Shown piece after piece: positions 1-7,334 of a stretch of 64,000 nt of DNA (position 1 is its first letter; the number at the start of each line of letters is the position of its first letter). The notes beneath the pieces were generated by a model. That model was not told where the DNA came from and ran no database searches. It worked only from the letters and a program-made list of their open reading frames with translations. Source of the stretch: Chitinophagaceae bacterium. Its GTDB lineage: Bacteria; Bacteroidota; Bacteroidia; Chitinophagales; Chitinophagaceae. The DNA is taken from NCBI GenBank assembly GCA_031424835.1, contig JANPIE010000025.1, positions 10,423-74,422 of the forward strand, read 5' to 3'. Both the position numbers and the translations under genes were made by a program.

Positions 1-1106
1 GTTTTATCAATATTCGGAATGATACGCAATGCGTTCCTGTAATAGATCTTTTTCAGCACCGTATCATTTAGTCCCATCCCATACATTTTCCAGAACGCAT
101 GGTATTTTTTGTGATAGGGGAAATATTCATCTTCCGATTCCAGCACGCGAAAATAGGTTGCATATTCTGATGGCACCCAGCTGTCTTTGCCAAAGAGTAT
201 CCGGTCCTGGTATTTTTCAAAAAACTTTTTTGACGTCCTTGGTTGTCTTCCTAACTCAGCTATCACAGCACCGAATTCCACATACATATTTGGAAAAGAA
301 TCCAGCAGTGTTCCCAACTTACCAAGGTCGTTTGCATACCAGCCAAAATGGGCAGCAATAAAATTGGTGTTGGGGTGTTTGCGTATGATATTGTGTTGCT
401 GTTGTATCAGGTCCTCCCATGGCGCAGGATCGGTACTGCTTCTTTTTCTATCGGGGTGTGTGGCCAGTTCAAGCCATCTTTCATTCTGATCATCCAATGC
501 GTCCCAGAAAGGTTTGGGATCAGCGGTATGAATAAGCACGGGTATCTTTAGCTCGCCACATTTCTTCCAGATGACATCAAGCCGGGGATCATCGATGCGT
601 AACAATTTTCCTTTATTGTCTTTGAATGAGAAACCGAGATTCTTATAGACTTTTAAACCATTCGCCCCCGATTTTACATCCTGTTCCAATTCTTTTACCG
701 CATTCTCTGCCCATCCAGGTTCACCTACCCCGATAAACGAAACATTGGTGAATTGTATGACCCGGTTGGGTGTGGTCTCCTTCACATGTCTGATGGCATC
801 TGCCAGGTAGCGGTTATCCTGCAAACCGAACTGTCCACCCACGGACCGATAACTACGTCCGCTCAGGTTAACCATTACGCGCATATTCAACAGATCCATT
901 TCTTTCAAAAGCGCCTTTATATCCTGCGTAGGCATGCTGAACTGGTGGTTATGAACATCAATGAAAGGAAACTTGGCTTTGGTAATGACACGGCCGGGTA
1001 CCACCAGGGTGGAGGGCGGCTCGTATTTTTCAAAATCCATTTTATTCGGTTGGGCCGAGGCGGCCAAAGTGCCGAGGAGAAACAAAGAAGCCAGGATGAT
1101 TTTCAT
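1..1106 (-). CDS. Secreted/periplasmic amidohydrolase family protein (Amidohydro_2-like); 3' end runs off the window
   Basis: Not in the ORF track; translated by hand from ATG at 1106: MKIILASLFLLGTLAASAQ signal peptide, then IDVHNH, GLKVYKNLG, PVLIHTADP, AAHFG and LFGKD metal-binding TIM-barrel motifs. The frame is open to the window edge. Confidence 0.85.
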   Translation of the reverse strand, partial: MKIILASLFLLGTLAASAQPNKMDFEKYEPPSTLVVPGRVITKAKFPFIDVHNHQFSMPTQDIKALLKEMDLLNMRVMVNLSGRSYRSVGGQFGLQDNRYLADAIRHVKETTPNRVIQFTNVSFIGVGEPGWAENAVKELEQDVKSGANGLKVYKNLGFSFKDNKGKLLRIDDPRLDVIWKKCGELKIPVLIHTADPKPFWDALDDQNERWLELATHPDRKRSSTDPAPWEDLIQQQHNIIRKHPNTNFIAAHFGWYANDLGKLGTLLDSFPNMYVEFGAVIAELGRQPRTSKKFFEKYQDRILFGKDSWVPSEYATYFRVLESEDEYFPYHKKYHAFWKMYGMGLNDTVLKKIYYRNALRIIPNIDK

Positions 1107-1187
1107 GCAGCAGATTTTTGGAGTAGTAAACTAATTGGCTGCGGCCCGAAAACCGCACCACTGTTATATCTTAACGTTTCGTTGTAT

Positions 1188-1841
1188 TTATTTGTTGAAT
1201 CCAGCTTCTGCCATTGCCGCCCGCAACCTCGCGGATAACGTTTCATGATCGGTATATCCCCTTGCCAGCAGGTGAAACCTGGTTTCCGAAACCTGCAGCA
1301 ATACACAGGGGTAACCGGTTACCTTTAACTGCTTGCATAACTGGAACTCGTAATGTGCCTGCTCTTTGTATTCCTCGCTGCCCAGTTTTACATAAAAAGG
1401 CTCCGCCTGTATGCTGTATTTCTCCAGCAGGTGGCGATAGGCTTCATCATCTGTTAGGTCCCTGCCCTCATAGTGCAATGCATACTGGAGGTCAGAGGCA
1501 AATTCAACCTGGCGGCCAGGGTAGTATTCTTTAAAGATGCACATGGCGATGGCCGGCTTTTCTGAATGCGGAAACCAATCGCTTAGCTCGGGATTTTTTA
1601 TATGCCACAGGTAATCTTCTCCGAATTTTATGCCTGTATATTCCTCCACGGTAGGATAGGCTTTCTGGATATAGGCAGCGGTTGCTGATATAGGAACGGG
1701 TTCCTCAGAGAGGATCATCCCCCCGGACAATACTTCTACCTGTAGTATCGGATGTTCCTCCGCTAACTGCTTAATCACAGGGCTAAAGCCATAACACCAC
1801 CCGCAGTAGGCATCGTAACAGTAGAAGAGAATGGGATTCAT
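1188..1841 (-). CDS. DsbA/FrnE-like thioredoxin-fold protein (no signal peptide)
   Basis: YDAYCGWCYGF CxxC motif at the N-terminus and VTGYPC cis-Pro loop. Start moved to ATG 1841 (MNPILFY), directly after a TACTTTTG box. Confidence 0.85.
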   Translation of the reverse strand: MNPILFYCYDAYCGWCYGFSPVIKQLAEEHPILQVEVLSGGMILSEEPVPISATAAYIQKAYPTVEEYTGIKFGEDYLWHIKNPELSDWFPHSEKPAIAMCIFKEYYPGRQVEFASDLQYALHYEGRDLTDDEAYRHLLEKYSIQAEPFYVKLGSEEYKEQAHYEFQLCKQLKVTGYPCVLLQVSETRFHLLARGYTDHETLSARLRAAMAEAGFNK

Positions 1842-1845
1842 GCAA

Positions 1846-1853
1846 CAAAAGTA
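1846..1853 (-). promoter_or_regulatory. Bacteroidota sigma-A -7 box (TACTTTTG) for the DsbA-like gene
   Basis: Exact TAnnTTTG match 4 nt upstream of ATG 1841. Confidence 0.6.
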
Positions 1854-1891
1854 AGAAGTCTGTTGCTGGAAGAACTGCTTACACACAATAA

Positions 1892-1988
1892 GTTTGGTGT
1901 TTGGTGTTTGGAGTTTGGAGTTGTTTTTGGTTTAGTTAGTACCTTTGTATTCTGATAACGCCAAACTCCAATCAACAAACCCCAAACC
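1892..1988. repeat. Inverted pair of heptamer arrays: (GTTTGGW)x4 ... (MCAAWCH)x4
   Basis: GTTTGGT GTTTGGT GTTTGGA GTTTGGA at 1892-1919; CCAAACT CCAATCA ACAAACC CCAAACC at 1961-1988. Confidence 0.85.
1940..1947 (+). promoter_or_regulatory. Bacteroidota sigma-A -7 box (TACCTTTG) for the kdnA-like gene
   Basis: Exact TAnnTTTG match with TTTG about 22 nt upstream. Confidence 0.65.
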
Positions 1989-1995
1989 GTCTCCC

Positions 1996-3213
1996 ATGCC
2001 TGGTTATGAATTTTTTGGTGATGAAGAACGAAAAGAAGTAAATGATGTGCTCGAAAGCGGCATATTGATGCGTTATGGTTTTGATGGTGCACGTAAGGGG
2101 CATTGGAAAGCCAAAGAACTGGAACAGGCAATTACCGGGGTTTTTGGCTGCAAATATGCCCAACTTACATCAAGTGGTACTGCCGCGCTTACTACCGCAA
2201 TGGCGGCATTGGGTATTGGTGCAGGTGATGAGGTGATCATGCCCTCTTTTACATTCGTGGCAAGTTTTGAAGCGGTATTGAGCGTGGGTGCCATTCCTGT
2301 GCTGGTGGATATTGACGAAACACTTACACTAAACCCGGCTTCTGTCCGCTCTGCCATAACACCCCGCACTAAATGTGTGATGCCGGTTCATATGTGTGGT
2401 AGCCCGGCAGATCTTGACGCGCTGCAGCATATCTGCCGCGAACACAACCTTATTTTACTTGAAGATGCTTGCCAAAGTATAGGCGCAAAATACAAAGGCA
2501 AAATGCTGGGGACGATCGGGGATGCCGGCACCTTTTCTTTTGATTTTGTAAAAACGATCACGTGTGCTGAAGGCGGAGTGGTGATGACAAACAGGGAAGA
2601 TGTGTACACCAAATCAGATGGATATACAGATCACGGCCATGACCATGCGGGTATTGACCGTGGTGCAGATCTGCATCCGTTCATCGGGTATAATTACCGA
2701 ATCAGTGAACTGCATGCCGCTGTGGGCCTGGCGCAGATCCGGAAGCTGGATACTTTTCTTTCTATTCAGAAAAAAAACTGCGCAGCACTGAAAAACCACC
2801 TGTCAAAAGTTCCTGAGATCAGTTTCCGTGTATTACCTGAAGGTGGCGAAGACAGTTGTACTTTTCTTTCATGGTTTCTTCCGTCAGAAGAAATTACGCA
2901 GGCAGTAGTAGCCGAGTTGAAAGTGCAGGGAATAATGGCCGGAAGCTTCTACTGGTTTATCAATAACTGGCACTACATCAGCAAATGGGAGCACCTTAAA
3001 AACGCGCACACCTTACATAGTATCCATCCGGAGCAAAAAGCTGCATTACTGAAACTTGCGAATGCAACGTTTGCTGCCAGTGATGCAGTAATGAGTCGCT
3101 GCATATCTACAGCCATCAGCTTATCATGGACAGAAGAGCAGTTGACAGACAAAGCAGAGAAAATGGTTTCTGTTATACAAAAAGTTTTACAACAACAATT
3201 GCAGCGGGCATAA
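1996..3213 (+). CDS. kdnA: DegT/DnrJ/EryC1/StrS PLP aminotransferase, KdnA-like (8-amino-3,8-dideoxy-manno-octulosonate transaminase)
   Basis: Family motifs SSGTAAL, DEVIMPSFTFVAS, LLEDACQ and SFDFVKTITCAEGG (PLP Lys). MPGYEFFG start, DHGHDH, NYRISE and FYWFINNWHY resemble Shewanella KdnA as I recall it (not aligned). Start moved to ATG 1996. Confidence 0.8.
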   Translation: MPGYEFFGDEERKEVNDVLESGILMRYGFDGARKGHWKAKELEQAITGVFGCKYAQLTSSGTAALTTAMAALGIGAGDEVIMPSFTFVASFEAVLSVGAIPVLVDIDETLTLNPASVRSAITPRTKCVMPVHMCGSPADLDALQHICREHNLILLEDACQSIGAKYKGKMLGTIGDAGTFSFDFVKTITCAEGGVVMTNREDVYTKSDGYTDHGHDHAGIDRGADLHPFIGYNYRISELHAAVGLAQIRKLDTFLSIQKKNCAALKNHLSKVPEISFRVLPEGGEDSCTFLSWFLPSEEITQAVVAELKVQGIMAGSFYWFINNWHYISKWEHLKNAHTLHSIHPEQKAALLKLANATFAASDAVMSRCISTAISLSWTEEQLTDKAEKMVSVIQKVLQQQLQRA

Positions 3214-3216
3214 AAG

Positions 3217-3693
3217 ATGTCGAGGTTTCCTGTATACAGGCATGCGCGCAATAAGCAGCGGGAGATAACTTACGCGTGGTTACTTATCGTGTTTGCAGTT
3301 ATCATACTAATTGCCGGCACATTTTTTATGAACTGGCCATGGAAAAGCCTTAGCCCGGTTGTGTTTTTTATTTTCATTTTATGGACGGGTGTCGATAAGT
3401 TGCGGAATACTCGTCGAGAATATTTTTTTGAGGTAACACCGCTTACACTTGAGTGGTTATTGGATGAGGGCGCTGCGCGCGTACAAATACCGTGGGAGGA
3501 TATCCGCTGGATAAAGAAAGAAAGTAACGGAAGTATCAGTTTTTTCCAGGATAGCAGTTTCAACAAAAACATATTGCTGAATATGTATGCGAAAGAGGAA
3601 AGAACCCGCATTGAAAAAGAAATAGAAGAAATGGCAAATGCCAGGCAGATAAAGCTGCTTAATTTTTCTTCGCCGGTTTCGGAGCTTGCTTAA
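3217..3693 (+). CDS. Hypothetical membrane protein (2 TM plus soluble C-terminal domain)
   Basis: 158-aa ORF 3 nt after the aminotransferase stop; two N-terminal hydrophobic segments. Confidence 0.7.
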   Translation: MSRFPVYRHARNKQREITYAWLLIVFAVIILIAGTFFMNWPWKSLSPVVFFIFILWTGVDKLRNTRREYFFEVTPLTLEWLLDEGAARVQIPWEDIRWIKKESNGSISFFQDSSFNKNILLNMYAKEERTRIEKEIEEMANARQIKLLNFSSPVSELA

Positions 3694-3964
3694 AATCCAT
3701 TCCTTTTCCTTCCAGCCTGTCTACATAATCCAGACCACCCAGCCGAATTCTGAACGGTATTTTGGTGATCTTTTCGATCTGCCATTCTTTTTTACAAAAA
3801 AACGGAAGTGAGTTCACATAATAGTTTTCGGGCATCAGGCGCACCGGCAATCCCCTGAGGCTGTCAATCTGCGACAGGTTCAAACCGCGTAAGGGCCTGA
3901 GCTGCTGCGCGCTGGCCAGTACGGCAATTAGCAATAAATTCACAAACAAACAAATCGGTTTCAC
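3659..3964 (-). CDS. Small secreted hypothetical protein
   Basis: GTG start, signal-peptide-like MKPICLFVNLLLIAVLASAQQ, motif PFFCKKEWQIEK...PFRIRLGGLDYVDRLEGK. Fills the gap upstream of rpoN. Confidence 0.6.
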   Translation of the reverse strand: MKPICLFVNLLLIAVLASAQQLRPLRGLNLSQIDSLRGLPVRLMPENYYVNSLPFFCKKEWQIEKITKIPFRIRLGGLDYVDRLEGKGMDFKQAPKPAKKN

Positions 3965-4062
3965 CGTTGGGATGCTTTCTTTTGTATGTAAATTTACGGT
4001 TTAAACAAAGAAGGGTTTGAACTGGTACGGTTTTTTTGTACTGACCGTACCTCCTATTGGAT

Positions 4063-5553
4063 ATGTCACTTAACCAGTCATTACAGCAAAAGTTACTGCA
4101 GAAACTGTCGCCCCAGCAGATACAGTTAATGAAGCTATTGCAGGTACCCACCGCCAACCTGGAAGAGCGGATCAAGGAGGAACTGGAGGAAAATCCCGCC
4201 CTGGAGCAGGGTGAAGAAGGGCACGAAGATGAATACGGTGATGATGTGCAGGATGAGTTTGAAAGCAGTTCAGACGACGAAGCCGATATGGATGGCAGCG
4301 CCGACGAGTATGAGAATGTTGACATCAGTGAATACGTAGTGGATGATGACGGTGAAATTGCCGATTACAAGATGAAAGATGATAACTACCCGGAAATCGA
4401 CGACCAGAAAGTGATCCCGATCAAGGTGGAAACAAGCTTTCATGAATTGCTCCTCAACCAGCTTGGTATGCTGGAACTGGATGAGCGCAATTTTAAAATA
4501 GCCGAACAGATAGTGGGCAGTCTTGATGACGATGGCTACCTGCGCAGGGAGCTTGCCTCCATTGCCGATGATCTTGCCTTCAGGCAGGGACTGGTGGTGG
4601 AAGAGAAGGAAATAGAAGAATTGGTAGAAAAGATCCAGCAATTTGATCCACCCGGAATCTGTGCACGGGATCTGCAGGAATGCCTGCTGGTACAGCTAAA
4701 AAGGAAATTAACCGAAGGGAAAAGTGTTACACTGGCCATTCAGATTTTGAGTAAATATTTTGACGAGTTTACAAAGAAACATTACGAAAAAATTCAGCGC
4801 AGCCTCAATTTATCTGATGAGCAATTAAAGGAAGTGATTGGGCAGATCATTAAACTTAATCCCAAGCCGGGTGGTAATATTGGCGAGATCAACAAAGCGG
4901 AAAGTTATATTGTTCCGGATTTTTTTGTGTTAAACAGCAATGGCAAACTCGAACTAACCCTTAATGCCAAAAATGCACCCGATCTCCGCATCAGCGAAGG
5001 ATACCGGGATATGCTGAAAGACTACGATAAAGGAAGTAAAAAAGATAAGCGCCAGAAAGAAGCCGTTCTGTTTATTAAGCAGAAGATTGATTCCGCCAAA
5101 TGGTTCATTGATATGATCAAGCAGCGGCAGGATACTTTGGTAAGTACCATGAGCGCAATCATGAAACACCAGCGTGAATTTTTTCTCACCGGGGACGAGA
5201 CTACTATGCGCCCCATGATCCTGAAAGATATTGCAGAGATCACGGGCCTGGATATCTCAACGGTAAGCCGGGTGGCCAACAGTAAATTTGTTCAGACAGA
5301 ATTTGGCACCTATCGCCTTAAATTCTTTTTCAGCGAATCACTCAGTACCGATAGCGGAGAAGAAGTGAGTACACGTGAAGTGAAGAAGATATTGAGTGAT
5401 ATGATTGAAGCCGAAGACAAACGTAAGCCATTAAGCGATGAAGTGCTCACAGAAATGCTTCAGGAGAAGGGGTACAATATAGCCCGGAGAACAGTGGCGA
5501 AATATAGGGAGCAATTGAATGTGCCGGTGGCGCGACTACGGAAAGAACTTTAG
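4063..5553 (+). CDS. rpoN: RNA polymerase sigma-54 factor
   Basis: Gln/Leu-rich region I (QKLLQKLSPQQIQLMKLLQ), acidic region II, DISTVSRV HTH and RpoN box ARRTVAKYRE. Start at ATG 4063. Confidence 0.98.
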   Translation: MSLNQSLQQKLLQKLSPQQIQLMKLLQVPTANLEERIKEELEENPALEQGEEGHEDEYGDDVQDEFESSSDDEADMDGSADEYENVDISEYVVDDDGEIADYKMKDDNYPEIDDQKVIPIKVETSFHELLLNQLGMLELDERNFKIAEQIVGSLDDDGYLRRELASIADDLAFRQGLVVEEKEIEELVEKIQQFDPPGICARDLQECLLVQLKRKLTEGKSVTLAIQILSKYFDEFTKKHYEKIQRSLNLSDEQLKEVIGQIIKLNPKPGGNIGEINKAESYIVPDFFVLNSNGKLELTLNAKNAPDLRISEGYRDMLKDYDKGSKKDKRQKEAVLFIKQKIDSAKWFIDMIKQRQDTLVSTMSAIMKHQREFFLTGDETTMRPMILKDIAEITGLDISTVSRVANSKFVQTEFGTYRLKFFFSESLSTDSGEEVSTREVKKILSDMIEAEDKRKPLSDEVLTEMLQEKGYNIARRTVAKYREQLNVPVARLRKEL

Positions 5554-5592
5554 AATTTTGAATATTGAGCAGGGAATGATGAATATAGAAGG
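5554..5592 (+). repeat. Single-arm heptamer array (AATWTYG/AGCAGGG family) directly after the rpoN stop
   Basis: TAG|AATTTTG AATATTG AGCAGGG AATGATG AATATAG AAGG. Confidence 0.65.
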
Positions 5593-5641
5593 AGGGTCGT
5601 TTAAGCATAAAGCCACCATAAACCAGAAACCATTGCAAAGC

Positions 5642-6295
5642 ATGCACGCAGACACAACACCGGCCAAACCATCTTTCCTGCTTACTTTTCCCGCAAAGTT
5701 GTTGTCTTATCTATTTCATCCATTATTTATTCCCACCTATGTTTTTATCTTCCTGGTATACCAGGTACCTTATGAATTTGCGGATATCGGGGAATGGCGG
5801 CTGAAGATGCGTTTGTTTGGCGTATTCTGGATCACTGCGTTTTTTCCTGCGTTTGCGGTGTTTCTTTTGTGGCGACTGAAATTCAGCGAGAGCATTTTCC
5901 TTCGTACACAAAAAGAAAGAATAGTGCCTTATGTTATCACCATGTTTTTTTACTGGTGGATGTATTTTCTCAGCAGGAATTTTACTGATCAACCTGCCGT
6001 GCTGAAGTTTTTTTACATGGGTATTTTTATTGCCACGGTGTGGGGACTGATATTGAACAATTATTTTAAGATCAGTTTACATGCGATGGGTGCCGGCGGT
6101 GCACTCGCCGCTATTATACTTTTTGCCATGTATTACCAATTGCCACTGGGCCTTTCTATCAGTATAGCAACATTGGTTACAGGAATGATTTGCACAAGCC
6201 GGTTCCTAGTTAGTGACCATTCCCCAAAGGAAATTTATTCGGGCCTTTTGGTTGGGATCGTATGCCAGGTGGGCGCCTACTATTTTGTGATGTGA
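5642..6295 (+). CDS. Multi-pass membrane protein, degenerate PAP2-like
   Basis: About 6 hydrophobic segments; KISLH and SRFLVSDHSPKE resemble PAP2 motifs 2 and 3. Start likely ATG 5642. Confidence 0.7.
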   Translation: MHADTTPAKPSFLLTFPAKLLSYLFHPLFIPTYVFIFLVYQVPYEFADIGEWRLKMRLFGVFWITAFFPAFAVFLLWRLKFSESIFLRTQKERIVPYVITMFFYWWMYFLSRNFTDQPAVLKFFYMGIFIATVWGLILNNYFKISLHAMGAGGALAAIILFAMYYQLPLGLSISIATLVTGMICTSRFLVSDHSPKEIYSGLLVGIVCQVGAYYFVM

Positions 6296-7333
6296 TCAGA
6301 AGCGAACACAACGAACCCTGTCCAGGGTTGAATTCCTGATTTTCAAAAAACCTTTATACGCCGCTGTCAATTCCAGGCCCCCACGCCAGTTGGACACTAC
6401 GTTGAGCTTTGAAACATTGACATCATAACTCACACCTATGCTCATATGGTTGAATTCGAGTTTTACCACCGGAATCAGCGCATCTCCATAACGAAGAAAA
6501 CTGCCTACATAAAAAACCGCTGCAGTTTGTTCTTCGTCTGTTGAATAGCCTGCCGCCTCCAGTCCTACCAGCACACCGCCCAGTAGTTGCCTGTTTCCAT
6601 TCTGCGCATAATAGTCCGCAAAAGCTATGATATGCCCCCTTTCGCCAATTTTTCCATGCGAGCCAATATTGAGCGATATTTTTGGTGCAAGAAAATTTGC
6701 CTCTGTGGTAGTCACCGACCTGATCACCGGTTTTGTAAAATGGGATAGCCCGGCCGCTACATAGAAATTCGTTCCGTTATTCAAAACCGTACTAAAGCTC
6801 AAACCTGTACTCAGGTCCCAGTACGAATAATTGTTGCCGGTAAGTGGTTGCATACTCTGGTTAGAAGTGTTGAAGGATCCTCCGTTGTATTGGTCACCAA
6901 ATTTCAACTGTGTAATATCAAACTGGCTGGATACCGGACCGCCCATAAAAGCGAGTGAAAGATAGGTGTCTCGCTCCCCATTGAGTGATTTATGAAAATT
7001 GATCGCCGGCAATATTTGTGTCCTTTTCAGCCTGATGTCTCCTGCACCGTCCATACTCATCTGAGACCCGATGGTAAGCACATCGTTGTGTTGACCAATA
7101 GGTATTTTGTGTTCAATACTTAACGAAGTTGTTCTGAATGGAACGGTTATGCTGCCCCACTGGTCTCGGTAGCCCATTGACACGCGAAGGTCACCGGTAA
7201 AGATCCCCGCCAGTGCGGGATTTCTCAATAGCGGTTGCTCATAAAACTGCGAGAACGTGAAGTCCTGCGCACTGCCGCTCATGGCGAATGAAACAAGAAG
7301 CAGGCATGTTAAGTAATTTTTTTTCATCGTCAC
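6296..7333 (-). CDS. Type IX secretion system PorP/SprF family membrane protein
   Basis: Signal peptide then QDFTFSQFYEQPLLRNPALAG, YRDQW and IGVSYDV; lies immediately downstream of a type-B CTD gene. Confidence 0.93.
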   Translation of the reverse strand: MTMKKNYLTCLLLVSFAMSGSAQDFTFSQFYEQPLLRNPALAGIFTGDLRVSMGYRDQWGSITVPFRTTSLSIEHKIPIGQHNDVLTIGSQMSMDGAGDIRLKRTQILPAINFHKSLNGERDTYLSLAFMGGPVSSQFDITQLKFGDQYNGGSFNTSNQSMQPLTGNNYSYWDLSTGLSFSTVLNNGTNFYVAAGLSHFTKPVIRSVTTTEANFLAPKISLNIGSHGKIGERGHIIAFADYYAQNGNRQLLGGVLVGLEAAGYSTDEEQTAAVFYVGSFLRYGDALIPVVKLEFNHMSIGVSYDVNVSKLNVVSNWRGGLELTAAYKGFLKIRNSTLDRVRCVRF

Positions 7334-7334
7334 T

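Noticed and set aside
29-1238. Short plus-strand ORFs (29..361, 187..489, 348..551, 753..1238) as genes
   Set aside because: All are antisense to the continuous amidohydrolase frame, which the track missed because it runs off the window edge.
4023-4038. Sigma-54 (-24/-12) autoregulatory promoter TGGTACGG...TTG upstream of rpoN
   Set aside because: Spacing is wrong: there is no GC 10 nt after the GG. The sequence is better explained as one arm of a hairpin.
3864-4325. 153-aa Ser-rich minus-strand ORF
   Set aside because: Antisense shadow of the acidic (GAT/GAA-rich) region II of rpoN.
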